Below, one piece after another: positions 28,615-42,288 of a stretch of 64,000 nucleotides of DNA. Position 1 is the stretch's first letter, and each line of letters opens with the position of its first letter. The notes beneath the pieces are model-generated. The model ran no database searches and was not told the origin of the DNA. It saw only the letters and a program-made list of their open reading frames with translations. The position numbers and the translations under genes are program-made. This DNA comes from the human T2T-CHM13v2.0 reference genome, Homo sapiens. The DNA is taken from NCBI RefSeq assembly GCF_009914755.1, contig NC_060927.1; one strand, written 5' to 3'.

Positions 28615-29780
28615 ACTGATTTATTCAACAAGTGCTTACTGAATACCTACCATGTGCTAGGTGCTGTTCCTAACACTATAGATACAATGATAAACAAGTC
28701 AGGAAAAGTTCCTGCCTTTATGGAACTTAAATTCCTATAGAGGAGATAGAAAACAGGAAATTAATCAAAGAAATGTATACTATCACCTTATATAGTGTTA
28801 ATATACAATGAGAAGATCCAAGAAAAAGGAGCAGTAATAACTAAGACCCTAAGGTAGGGCTGAGCTTGATGTTTTAGGAAACAGAAAACCAGTGTAGGCT
28901 GGAAAAGAGTGAACAAGGTGTAGAGACAGTCAATGAGAGCAGTAGGCAGGGAAAGGGAAGAATCAGACTTGGCCGTCGCAAGGGGTTTGGATTTTATTCC
29001 AAATGTGACGAGAAGGCATTGGGTAGTTTTGAACAAACAGTAATATCATATGATTTTCACTGTTTAAGGACTACTGTGGCTACTCCCTAGGGAATGGACA
29101 GTAGGGAGTGTCTGTAAAAGCAAGATTAGAGTCATTCAGGTGAGCTGTGGTGGTGGCTTTAATTAAGCTAGTAGCAGTAGATTTGAGATTTATTTTGTAG
29201 ACACAGCTGAGATGAATTCCTAATGTGGATGTGAGGAAAAGAAAAATCAAGAATAATTCTTGGTTTGGGGCTTTAGGAAACAGGTGAATCCGAATGTCTT
29301 TTACCAAAATGTGGAGTCCAATAGAAGAACAGGTTTGGAGGTGAGATATAGGGTATGTTTAAATCATAACTTCTATTTCTGCTGTGTGAAGTTTAAGGAG
29401 CCAAGTAGAAATAACATGTAGGTAGTTTCTATCTATTTCCTAACTAAATAGAAAATTCTAGAAGTTTATGGTGGTCAGAGCTTGAGTGAGCAGCTTGTCA
29501 AGATGTAAATGTCAGTATTTAAGCCATGAGCAAGAATGGGGTCACTTACAAAGGGAGGGTGTCTGGAGGAGTAAGCAGGAGGAAACTGAGACTGTAGACT
29601 CCAACATTAAGTAACTAAAATGTGACACAGAGACAGGAAAGACTGAAGAAGAATGTCCAGTAAGGTTTAAGGACAACTTGGATAATGTGATTTTCTGAAG
29701 AATAAAATAAAAAAAAGTTGGGAGAAGTAAATGGTCAATGGTATCAAGTGCTGCTAAGGATTAGGCAATGTGGCAGTAAA
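28615..29780 (-). mobile_element. L2 3' region; contains duplicate copy A2 (28695-29039)
   Basis: TTATTCAACAA..TTACTGAATACCTACCATGTGCTAGG L2 3' end motif. Confidence 0.8.
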
Positions 29781-29824
29781 TGGAGAACAATGTGGAATCT
29801 AGGGAGGGTTATCTTGCCTCTTAA

Positions 29825-30400
29825 TTTATTTTTTACTTAGACAGTAAAATTAACATGTTCAGTATATAATCATATCAATTTTAATTGTAAATATATAGAT
29901 TTCTGTAACCACCATTGGAATCATGATTAAGAATAGTTTTGTCAACCCCAGAAAACTCCCTGGTGCTACCCTTGGCTTGTCACTTATTCCCCGTCTCTAA
30001 CCTTTGACATCTACTTGATGTGTTCTCCCTCACTGGAATTTTCTTTTCTTGGGAATGTCATATAAATGGAATTAAACTGTGTGTATCCTTTTATTCAACA
30101 TAATGCCATTAAGATTCAGCCAAGTTGTTGCTCATATGAAGAGTTCTATTCTTTGATGAGTATGGATATACTATAGTTGGTTTATTATTCACCCTTTGAA
30201 GGACATTTAAGTTGTTTCCAGGTTTTGGCAATTATGAAGAGAGCTGCTATAAACATTTGTATACAGGTTTTTATATGAACATAGTTTTAAAAAAGATTTT
30301 TCTCTTCAGTAAAAACCTAGGGCTGGAATCACAAGGTCATATGATAGGTGTATATTTAAGTTTATAAGAAACTCCCAAGCTATCTTTTGGAATGGATGCA
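29825..30400 (-). mobile_element. Old L1M 3' end fragment
   Basis: GAATGTCATATAAATGGAAT, GCTGCTATAAACATTTGTATACAGG motifs. Confidence 0.7.
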
Positions 30401-30751
30401 ACATGGGTTATTGGCTTTAAAAAAAAAATAGGAGACCTTTAATTTGTGATGAAATGGTGGAAATCCTAATATTTTCTTAACTTTTGTAACACCTTGATAA
30501 TCAAATCCCATATAACTGCAGGCCACTAGTTTCCAAACCTTAGTGCAACTCAATCCCTCTGTTAACAGTGGGAAAAATACTGAGGATCAGAGATTTAAAA
30601 TAATTGAAGATTACACAGCTGTAAAGTGTCAGATCTTCCAACTTTAAATGTTGTGCCTTTTTCTATTATGTCACACTAACTTTTCTTAGGAAAAATATTA
30701 CACCACATTTCAGTGAAATAGATTACATGCTTGTCAAATTATTTTCTCTTT

Positions 30752-31066
30752 TTCTTTCCTTTTTTTTTTTTTTTTTTTTTTTTGATAGGGGCTTGTTCTG
30801 TCACCCAGGCTAGAGTGCAATGGCAAGATCACAGCTTACTGTAGCCTTGATCTCCCCAGCTCCAGCAACCCTCCCACCTCTCAGCTTGCTGAGTAGCTGG
30901 GACTACAAGAACGTGCCACCACGCCCAACTAATTTTTTATATTTTTTTCTAGAGACAGGGTTTCACTATATTACCCAAGCTTGTCTCAAACTCCTGGGCT
31001 CTAGTGATCTGCACACCTTGGCCTCCCAAAGTGCTGGGATTAGAGGTGTGAGCCACCAGGCCTAGC
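30752..31066 (-). mobile_element. AluJ
   Basis: Diverged Alu; perfect TSD TATTTTCTCTTT (30740-51, 31067-78). Confidence 0.9.
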
Positions 31067-32866
31067 TATTTTCTCTTTACAAATGATATTATATAGGAAA
31101 ACATCTCTGAATTAGAAAGCTTTGATTCTTACCAGCCCTGCTACCTTAGGCAAGTCTTTTATCTTTTCTGAACCTCAGTTTTCTGATCCTAAGCAAAAAT
31201 CATGTTACTTTTATGACTTATAATATTTAGATTAATAAGCACATATGATACCTTGCATAATATAGACTGGCTTTTACAACCAACAGTGCCGTAAATGTTA
31301 TTGAAGTGATTTCATGTCAATTGACCTTACTTTTCTCTCTAAGCAATGATGGAGATTAATTTGATAGACTCTAAGATACCACATATGGTTCATAAATAGG
31401 TAAAAATGTCTCTTTATAAGAATGGCAATAGCAAGCATATGTCAGAAAAAAACTTCAATTCTGTATCAGAAAGATCTGTGTGTCCCTGTCACCACAACCA
31501 GAGACATCATTTGAAATAGGTTTCTCTGAAGAGTATATGTTAATGTATCAAGAAAAATATCAGTTCCCTTCACTAATCTTTCCTTTAGCTTTCTAATTTT
31601 GCTTAGTCCTAAACTAGCTGTTTCTAAACCCAAAGGGGTTCTTATTTTTAACAATAAATTGATTAGCATAATCCTTCTTTTGTTTATTCAATCATTGGAA
31701 ACCTATTTTGAACATCTGTTATGAGCTGGGGAGTGCAAGATGATGATGGCGCAGTGGGCTGGGCACAATGACAGGGATGTGCCCTGGGTGCTTGGGAGCA
31801 TCTGAGGCTGCTCTGTGCCCTGGACTGGCTGCTGGGGAGTAGGCCGGATGATTTCTGGAACTGTAGTGGATGTCTAGGCAGTTTATATGGTGACATATGC
31901 TTTCAAGGAGTGTTACAATCCCAAAGACTCTTGTCTTGTTTTTTTTTTTTTTTTTCCTCCAGCTTTTTTTCTTCTAAATGATTCATAAGTTAAGACTTAG
32001 AGGAAATGAATCAATGTAGACACTCTCAGTAAGAGGGGGTGTGTTCAAACAACATAAATAAAGACCCATAGACCTTCTGTGGTAAAAATGGCATTCAGAG
32101 TATCTAAAGTCCATATTTTAACATGGATTCTAAACATTTTTATAATTCTTATTTTGTCACTTAGAAAATGAGAGACTATAATGCCTGTGTGCTCAGGACA
32201 ATTGGCATTCATCTGCTGAGGCTCAGGCCCACCAATATGCCTGAAATTAGTAGCATGTACCAGCCAAATTGATTTTCACAGTAATAATTTGTTTATGTAA
32301 TAAGTGATTCTCGTATAAATCAAAGCTCATTAGTGCATCAACATGACCCTAGTTACATATGATCAACTAAATCATTGGGTTTATGTTTACACCTTTGCTC
32401 CAAGGTTATTTTTTAACAGTATTTTCATGTGCTTATAGACCGTAAAAAGGACGCATAATAACATACTATTAGCTCAAGAACAGGAATGTCAGCTAGCAAA
32501 CAACCTATTTGATTTCTGATTATTGATTTAATATATATGTATATATATTACATCTATTATATCCTGAAAATACTGAGAATTCCCAAAACATGTTTCCTTT
32601 AAGGTAAGTGTTTAATAACCAGTGGTGTATTCATCATTACCTTTCTGTATCACTCAACATTATTTATATGTTTATTAGTATATAATGTGGTATATAGGCA
32701 TTTACAATGCTTAATAACCCTCAGACTTTTACTTTTATGTGTATAGAGTGTTGATGGATTTCTAATAAAGTTTGTCATCCTCTCAACAGAGAGAATGTGT
32801 CCGTTACTGACATATATTCAGGTTTGTCTGTTATGCTAATAATCCTCTTTTGCTCATTTTGGAAAG

Positions 32867-33004
32867 GGATTGAATTGGAAATTGTCAATAGCTGTGAAAA
32901 GAACAATAGTGTTTGTTCCCATCACCGTGAACATGAAATTGGTGCTCCCCGTTGTTCCTGTAACCATGGACACCAGCTTGATTCTGATGAGAAAACATGC
33001 ATAG
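32867..33004 (+). pseudogene. EGFEM1P: Exon 3 (138 nt): RIELEIVNSCEKNNSVCSHHREHEIGAPRCSCNHGHQLDSDEKTCI
   Basis: ggaaag|..|gtaatg; IExEIVNSCE motif as in MEGF6; third Cys replaced by Arg (CGT). Confidence 0.93.
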
Positions 33005-33612
33005 GTAATGTTTGGTAAATGCCATTTCATTCAAAAGTTGCTCTGGATTCATTTAGCCCTTTAATCTGTAGTACTTACGGCTGTACTGTGAGCCACATCT
33101 CTCAAACTGTAAAGACAAATAAATTGAAGAGTGTCTCTGGCTACTGAATAAATGTAAAAGAAGGGTTACCTGTCAGAAGACAACATTACATTTAGATATT
33201 TACCTTGAAGTTAAAGGAGATTTAAAACACTTTAATGAAATATATGCCCTTAATAGATTTATTTCAGGAAAATATTCCATGATCTATCCAACTATGTGAT
33301 GTAATGTGTAATTCCAACAACAAATGCTGTCACATACCTCAGTTCTCTACCTCAAGCAGAAACGAAATTATTTGCACTGGTTTTCAACTTGATAATGTTT
33401 GGGATGTATGTTCAACTTTGATATGACAAGTAGCTATATTCTAAAAGACAACTTAAAAAAATTCATTCTTTGGAATTCCCAGCTCAAATCCATTTTTAAT
33501 TGCTAATTTTCTCAACATATTATTGGAGTTTATATCATTTGAGACAATGAAGAAACTAAAATTCCACCCTAGTTTTGCTTCATAATGAAACATTCCTGAG
33601 AAAAAGGAGTAT

Positions 33613-33765
33613 CTACTATAAATAGGAATAGCAAGTATCAAACTACATTACTATGTGCCCTGGTTCTGAGAACACTTCCAAGTCCCTAAGGCAGTGATTT
33701 GTCATCATTCAAGAATTATGACACCTTATTTGCTTGTTTTCTTTTGTTATGCTTAATATTTCCTC
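33613..33765 (+). repeat. Direct duplicate copy B1 (153 bp) of 35127-35275
   Basis: About 90% identical by eye; not recognised as a repeat family. Confidence 0.93.
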
Positions 33766-34439
33766 CGTTAAAAATTACAATACAAAATCTTTTGACCATT
33801 TCATACTACTCAATATGGTTAGATAGAGACAATTTGAAGTATGAAAAACTCAATGGTTTAAATATTTAGGACATTTTACTTTGGCAGTATGATGACACAG
33901 AATGAAACTCAAGAAATTTTGCAGTATTCTGGTTTTATAAATTCAAAACAATGCCATTGTATTTATTTATGCAACATTGCTTTCAATATTGTTCTCAGAA
34001 TCTACAGTGGGTAACATATTGAAGCCAGTTGCTTTCCTCACCTCTTATTATTTAATGAAAAATATGCTTACTTTTATTTCCTACCTTGATAAGATTTGTA
34101 ACCATAGAAAAAATTAAGGGCTTTCTTCCTTGATTGCTTCTTTTTTCCCTCCCTCTTTTCCTTCCTTCTATCTCTCTGTTTGTTCCTCTTTTGAGTATTG
34201 ATAAGAGAAACTGGAATTTTGCCAAACTGTTTCTTTGCGACTTAAATTTGGTGTTTTCTTTATTTTTTGAAAAATACCATTCAGTAAAGTTCTTATTTAC
34301 AGCTAGAAAAAAATAGCATCTGCCAGGGTCAAAATGTAGAAAAGTGCATATTTATGAAATTTCAGCCGTCAGTATGACAATGTTATATTGTTTATGGTTC
34401 AAGTTAATTTCATTTTTCCGACAAGAAAAAGAAAATGCA

Positions 34440-34734
<295 letters not shown>

Positions 34735-35126
34735 TCAATTTCATTTCATCTAAAACATTATTTTTTAGGCTTTTTAAAAGTTTTTCAGATTTTTAAAAAG
34801 TCTTCTCAGATACCACCAAAGACTTCGAGCATATCGGTCTCAAGATGCCCTGTTCTCAAATAGCAAGGAGCAACATTGCATTACACAATTGGAAAACAAG
34901 TCCCTCAGTCTATCATTTAGTGATCCATTTTGGATTCTTTTTCTATTAACATTCCTCTGGGGCTATTTCTAGTTTGTCCCATGTATACCATCCTCATTTG
35001 GAACTCATCTGAAACCCCGTTCTTCCTACATCACAAGCCTTTCTTAAAATGTCTTGCCACTTCAACTGTTAAATCACCTGTTTTCTAAATTTCTTTTCAA
35101 ATTTTATTTTGTTAGATCTTTGCTTG

Positions 35127-35275
35127 CTACTGTAAATAGGAATAGCAAGTATTAAACTACGTTACTATGTGTCCTGATTCTGAAAATACTTCCAAGTTCC
35201 TAAAGCAGTGATTTGTCATCATTCAGGAATTATGATACCTTATTTGCTTGTTTTTGTTATGCTTAATATTTCCTC
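35127..35275 (+). repeat. Direct duplicate copy B2 (149 bp), followed by short re-copied fragments to about 35320
   Basis: Matches 33613-33765; then AATATT, TTAATATTTCCT, TTTTCTTTTGTTATGCTTAAT. Confidence 0.93.
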
Positions 35276-35960
35276 AATATTCTTTAATATTTCCTTTTCT
35301 TTTGTTATGCTTAATTTTCCCTTTTAATTGTCCTCATCTCTGATGATCATATTTTTCCTAAATTGGCCAATATGCCAAATATTTTACCATTGTACCCAAA
35401 TTAATCCATACATAAAAATTTAGCCTTAATCAAAAGTAGAGGACCAATTGCAGCCAGGCAAAACACTGAAACATTTCAGCTCTGATTTCAGAAAAGCATC
35501 AAAAGTGAAAAACTTGATCTTCTGTATCTCTTCCCCATACATAGTCACTGAATAAGGTTAAATAATAAATATTTTCTAATAACTGGCCAATTGTTAAATT
35601 TAGTGACTTCATTGCTAGTCAGACACTTGCATTTTATATACCTGTCTTTCAAATTGTGTTAACACATCTCTAGGTTTTAGCCCTAATAAGTTTTTGCCTT
35701 TGGATAGGTTTAATTAACTATGTGCTAACTGGCTGACTTATTTTTACATTTTTTGTACATTCGCATATATATTTTTTCAAAGTTGATACTAATATATGAT
35801 AAAAAGAAAATCCTTTGATTTCCTTCATGCATGACTGTTTTTTATGAAGCAGCTGTGACATTAATCTGTTCTCAGACAAATAAGTAAAATATGTATATGT
35901 ACATTCCAAGTGAATAATTGCCTTTACACTAGTGAATAATTGGTCTTTAGAAATGAGTAG

Positions 35961-36123
35961 TTTTTTTTGTTTTTTGAGACAGGGTCTCGCCCTGTCACCC
36001 AGGCTGGAGTGCAGGTGGTACAATCACGGCTCACTGCAACCTCGAACTTCTCAGCTCAAGCAATCCTCCCACCTCAGTCTCCCAAAGTGCTGGGATTATA
36101 GGCGTGAGCTATTATGCCCAGCC
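35961..36123 (-). mobile_element. Alu monomer (FRAM/FAM-like)
   Basis: Single-arm Alu of ~160 bp with T tail. Confidence 0.82.
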
Positions 36124-37494
36124 TTGAAAATGAATTTTTTTAAAAGTTTTTTATTCTCTACATCATACTATTTAATCAGTAGGATTAATAAAAGGAAGGT
36201 TTAATACTAGAAAGGAAAAAATATCATTTAGAATTTTGTGAGTAGTTCTGCTTTTGACATTTTGTGGGAAAAAGAATGTTTTATGTCTAAATGACCTTCA
36301 TTTAGATATTTTATGGTGACCCTTCACCTTGATTGATTGTATTTTCTTTCCTTTCTTTCTTTTGTCTTCATTTTCTTGAGTTGATACCCTTTCCAGGGTT
36401 AATTGAGACATTGACCCTTTTTATCTGTGGCTGCTTACGTAGTTATGGCATAGTAGGATTTTGTAAACTCAGCACTGACAGGCCATCCACCTTAACAGCT
36501 CAACAACAGAGGGGCTTGAATTGAACCAAGGCCTAGAGCCAAAAAAAACCCTGACCAAATAATTCCCAGGTGTTCGGCCTAAGGAAAGCAGGGCAAAGTG
36601 TCCGTTGCTACTTCCTTGGCCAATTATGTTAGAAATGATCGCCTCAAAACTCAGGTGAAATAGGTTATCCTTTGGCTGAAAACTTACAATTTGACATCTT
36701 CTGGTGCGTTTCTATTTTCCCCAGGGCAGTTATATCTTAATAAGAAGCACTCAGGATTGTAGAATTCTGAAATAACAGTGCTAAAGAAGGCTTACAGATC
36801 CTTACTTAGAAAACTGCTCACCTAACAGGACATTTCAGGGTAATGATGTCACAGATGGAATAAAAAACCCCAGACCTCACTCATCCCAGTCACAGTATAA
36901 TCTAAATATTCAAACAAATGCTCTGAAATGGTCTATAATTTAAAACATAATACTTAAAATAAGTCTTCTGCCCTCTCTCAGAACTGTAGTTGCCACTTGT
37001 CTTCCCAGTCAGGCAGTTGGGAACACTTGCTTGCGAACACTCTTTGATCTGAAGTTCTGGAAGAACAAACATGTTATGGAGTCTAAGACTGTCTCCTCTT
37101 TGCAGCTGTCAAATGTTCACCAAATGGAATTTTTTGGCTCTTTTTTCTTAGGCTGTTTTTTTGTTCTTCAACTTCTCTGTTTATTCAGTCCAATTACTGT
37201 TTAAACTAGAAAAATAGCAGAGATCACTTTTCCTATGCCTATAAATGCATTTGGAGATTATTTACATTCTTTTAAAATAAATAACAGGCATAGAAGAAGC
37301 ATGAAGAAACATAAACCAAAAGTAGGTCTCCTTATTTTTGTGTTAAGGTTTCTTCGCTGTTTGTATTACATGGCCTGAGAAATAGAAAATGATTAGTAAA
37401 ACAGTTTTAATTTAGAAGTGTAGCTTATCAGTGCTTCTATAGGGTCGTTAAATTCCTATCTCTGCAATAACAGCAGTGTTCTTTCCCCCTTCAG

Positions 37495-37617
37495 ATCTTG
37501 ACGAATGTGAGAATGGAGAAGCCTGCTGTGCCCAGCTCTGCATCAACTATTTAGGAGGCTACAAATGCAGATGTCAGGAAGGCTTTCAGATCACTTCCAA
37601 TGGTTGTGAATGTGATG
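37495..37617 (+). pseudogene. EGFEM1P: Exon 4 (123 nt): cbEGF DLDECENGEACCAQLCINYLGGYKCRCQEGFQITSNGCECD
   Basis: ccccttcag|..|gtaaat; extra Cys pair (CC..GCxC) as in the equivalent MEGF6 domain. Confidence 0.95.
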
Positions 37618-37739
37618 GTAAATTCCTGAGATTTAACAAGTAATAATTGATGTGACAGGGCAATAAAGGAAGAGAAATGTCTGAGGCAGAGGGCTAGGGT
37701 GGGCAAGGGAAGGCTTTCACACTAAAGAGACTTGACTTT

Positions 37740-37930
37740 CTATGTGGTTCTACCATTTACTATCGTATAATAAACTTGGACGACTTTAACTGCAATGAAC
37801 CTTAGCTGCTCATCAGTAAAGTGATGACAATAATAGGATTAGTGGGGAAATTAAGGAAAGTAATAAATGTAAAGTGCCTAGTGCAATGGCTGACATAGAA
37901 AAATAACTAAAAGTAGCTATTATTGTTATC
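37740..37930. mobile_element. MIR remnant
   Basis: CTCATCAGTAAAGTG..TAATA..TGTAAAGTGCCTAGTGCAATGGCTGACATAG core. Confidence 0.65.
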
Positions 37931-39091
37931 ATATTTATTGGTCCATAATCACTTTCACACAATTTAATGTATATTAAAGGCAAATGAGAGATTCTGAAAG
38001 GCACACTGTCAAAGGAACCACCCATGGCAAACTTGACTGGAATGAGAAAGCTGGTTACTGGAAGACATTTTGAATGAGTTTTTTTTGTTTGTTTGTTTGT
38101 TTTTTTTTTTAGTTAGAGAGCAAAAGGACCATCAGTTCACAAGCCACAGTCTAAATCTGTACCAGAATCCCATACATATCTGATATTAATATAGCTAATG
38201 CAAGTTTTAAAATGAGTCATTTACAATTTCTTAACTTACATGTTAAAATTAGTTCACTTACCTTTCAGGTGATTTTTTGCTTGTATATATTTTTTTTTGA
38301 TATAAGAGTTTGAATTTAGTGAGTAGAGCTTGTTGACTTTGTTTATACAGTTAGGAATAGCTCATATAACCATTGCTGTAATTTAAAAGTTTACCTTAAA
38401 TATTTAATCTTTAAATTTTCATTTAGTATTATTATTACCATTATTTTGAACCAAATTTTTCTTAACATCAAAGATTAGAAGATTGATATCTATTCTAATA
38501 ACAATCAACTTATATAAGACTGTAATGCCTCAGAGAAATTAGTTTTTCTTTGCTTAAAGAAACACATTTCAGAATTCTGTCAAAGATGATAGATAGCCAA
38601 GCTCCCCCAACCTTGCAATGAAGATAACAGCAATGAACACACAACTATGATATCTATATATACTAAACACGGTAGCGTATATTGCCATTTACCACATTAC
38701 ATCCAATTAACAGAGCCAAAAACATTTTTAAAATTTCATGTACCATCTGCTCTTAAGCAGAATGAGCCAAGAGATGATTGTATGGCATGAACATACATAC
38801 TTGCATACACGCATGCAAATGGAAAAGGCATCAACAATCTGAGGTAAAGCTTAGAAGCTCATACATGAACTTATAGTATTGTGAACATATTGACCAAAGT
38901 CTGGACTCAGACTTGGTCATAAACTAGTAAGTTGCATGCAATCAAGGCCTAAAATTCTTTCTTCTCTAAAATTGTCCACAAAGCTTGTACTGACTTGTAC
39001 CTAGAATAAGTTTTCTATCATATATATTGAATAATTCGAGAGTGAATGAACATTCTACAAAAGGGTACACAGCCTGAGACCACTGAATTAA

Positions 39092-39405
<314 letters not shown>

Positions 39406-39684
39406 TGAATTTATTTTAAGTTTTTCATCTAAACCTCACAAACAAGGTCTCAGAAATACCTTGTCTGTGTAGATGAAGTAGAGTAAACTTGAAAATGAGT
39501 GAAATAAAAATAATTGGCCAAGTGTACTTGAGAAAGAATGTGGGGGCTATGCTTGCTTTCTATGTGGCAGTACATTGTTATTGTTTAATAAAGGTCACAA
39601 GAGGAACACCAATATGTCTATTATTTCATAAGATCTATCTTATCTCTCAATGCCTAAAAGCAGATATTGTTTAAATTTTCTTAG

Positions 39685-39805
39685 ATGTGGATGAGTGTCT
39701 GGATGTCAGTATAGTCTGTGACCAACTACATTAATTCTGTGGGAACATACGAATGTAGTTGTGAAGAAGGCTACAGAATTGGAAATGACAGAAAAACTTA
39801 CCCCT
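39685..39805 (+). pseudogene. EGFEM1P: Exon 5 (121 nt): frameshifted cbEGF DVDECLDVSIVCDQL/INSVGTYECSCEEGYRIGNDRKTYP
   Basis: ttttcttag|..|gtaagt; length 123-2; 2 nt missing at the third Cys codon gives TAA 39732-34; last Cys is Tyr. Confidence 0.93.
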
Positions 39806-40173
39806 GTAAGTCACTGAAGAATTTTATTGTATTAATATATTTTCTAAACTACTTCCAGCCTCATCTTGTTCTTCAGGAGCAATGGAGGCCACATATTTCT
39901 TAACTCAACCTGCCTTCCCCTTTCTGTCTTCACAGACTAAGATCTTTCCTTATTTTCTTTTGTTCTCTCTGCTACAGTTTTAACTTTGTGCTGGCAGCTT
40001 CTCACCTTCATTTACAATAGACTTTTGAAATGGCCATCTCAAAGCATTTTACCTTTCTGTTACCCCCTGCCTTGGCTGTCTAGTTCAAACTCTCTCATTT
40101 CTCTATCAACCTTTGCACAGTACTTCCTTCTTTTAACCAAGTTGAAACCTCGCATTTTCTTCTATGGCCTTAG

Positions 40174-40368
40174 CTTTAGATGATGATGAGCTAGAGGAAG
40201 AAGAAGAGGAATGAGAAGTTGTGAGGTTTCCAGGTCTTCTATTCAAGAGCCCACCTCAACAGCTTCATTATGTTGCTACTTTTCTGCCTCCCACCTACAA
40301 AGATGAAGAAGATGAGGAGGAAGAGGAAAAAGATATTCATAGAGAACTGACTGCTTTGCACAATTTTG
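40174..40368 (+). pseudogene. EGFEM1P: Exon 6 (195 nt): acidic linker LDDDELEEEEEE*EVVRFPGLL..EEDEEEEEKDIHRELTALHNF
   Basis: ccttag|..|gtgtgt; phase 1-1; same position as the MEGF6 acidic linker; in-frame TGA 40212-14. Confidence 0.82.
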
Positions 40369-41559
40369 GTGTGTAAAAGAATTTACCTTACTATACTTAC
40401 TTCTATTTTTAGATAATTTACTACATTTTTGTAGACAATTTTACTATCAATATTTAATGCCATCATATGTTTTAACATGAAGTTTGCAAGAAAAGTAGGG
40501 CCAAAGTCACTTCTTCAGAGCTTCCTATGAAATCCATCATCTTTTGTCTTTTTTATTTCCTTTTGTACAATAAAGGAGTGCTGTGTAGGTACTTGTAGAA
40601 GTGGGAGTGCAGTGTGGAGGGGTGTTCTTGAAGTTAATACAGGGAAATGGAGCAGAAAAATATCTTTAAATTAGCATAATGGGGAGAAAGATTGAAATCT
40701 TATAATTCTATTAAAATTTCACTAGAAATCACCTTAGATAGTTAAAATTTACCTTAAATAGCCCTAAAATGTAGTTCCTTTCTAGGTTTTAAAATGCAGA
40801 GAACTAATTGGTTAATATGCTTAAATGGACCAGAAAATCTTCAAAATGTGAGCAGTTTTTCTTATATATCTAAACAACAGAACTCAAGCGTCGACTTCTG
40901 ATCAAAGTAAATCTCTATCAAAAGTAACTGTTTGCAGCCAGTCCACTGCTTCTTTTTTTTCCTTTGTAAAACAGAGCTGTTCTTTTTATTCTCCCTCTAT
41001 TTATTGTATTTTAACAATATCAAAGCTTGATGATTGCTTTAGAATGTATTCAGAAAAATAGAAATATTTTTACGCAGTGGTCAAATCATAATATCATCAA
41101 TAAGTGTCTCTATATAAAAATAGAAGTACTTTAATGTTTCTTAATTAAACTCCTGATGCTTTGGCTAATCAAAGTCAGAAGAGAAATAGTTGGGGGCGGC
41201 AACAACAACAGTCAGAACTTGAGTTGCCAAGATCTGCAAAGAAGAGAAGACCAGACAAGGAGGATGGTCTCAGATGCTTTTCTCCTCAAGCCATTTGCCA
41301 ATTAATGGGTTGTGCCAGGAATCTGAAAGATAGCTGCTAGGAGCTTGAAGAGTGAAGCACATTTATCAGCAGTTTCATGATGTTGGGGAGGCAGAACATG
41401 GAGCTCAGGCCTGCCAAAGGAGAGAAGCCTTGGTAAATATGCCAAGTTTTCAATTAGGGCATCTTAAAGTCCCTACCCTAGAAACAGGGACAAAAGTTAA
41501 AATGGAATGAGCCTTAAACAACTGAATACACATCTCTCCACCTTTATTCTATATGATAA

Positions 41560-41990
41560 TTTCCCTCAAAAACAGAATGGATAAATAAATACATTGTGGT
41601 ACATTAATACAATGGAATACTGTATAACCATAAAAAATAAACTCTCGCATACACAATGTGTATGATCTCACATACATTATATTGAATGAAAGAAGCTTGA
41701 CACCAAAGAGTACATACTTTTCAATTCTACCTATAAAAAGTTCAAAAAAGGGAAAATAATCTGTGGTGATAGAGATCACCACGATGCTTAATTTATGAAA
41801 TTAATGATTGAAAATTATTAAGTCACTTTTGAGATTTTGGATTGCTAGTAATATTATGTACCTTGATCTGGGTGGCATTTACATGAGTTATTTACAATGT
41901 GAAAAGAAGTTTGAAGTATACAGTTTAGATTTGTGTACACTTCTCTGTGTATTAAATTTTAATAAAAAGATTTACTCAGAAAACAAAAAT
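41560..41990 (+). mobile_element. L1ME-like 3' end
   Basis: AATGGATAAATAAA..TTGTGGTACATT..TACAATGGAATACT motifs. Confidence 0.7.
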
Positions 41991-42288
41991 ACACATAAAA
42001 AATTCTGAAAGAAAAAGCATCAAAATTTCAGGAACATTGAATTTTTTTTGGTCTCAAATCAATGATAATTTCTTTTTTAAAAAAGAAATTCCTAAAGATT
42101 CTAAGTATTCTTAGGGACAATATTCTAATGTAATAATTGGAAAAAGTAAAATAAGCTTTATTTTAAAAGCTATATCTTGCTGTTGTCCTTTTTAAAGATT
42201 CTTTAGGAACTATGCTCAAAGATCTTTTTTTTTTTTTTTTTTTAGGAAATTAAGGGTTTTATTTTGATTTTTGGTTACGTAGTCAATT

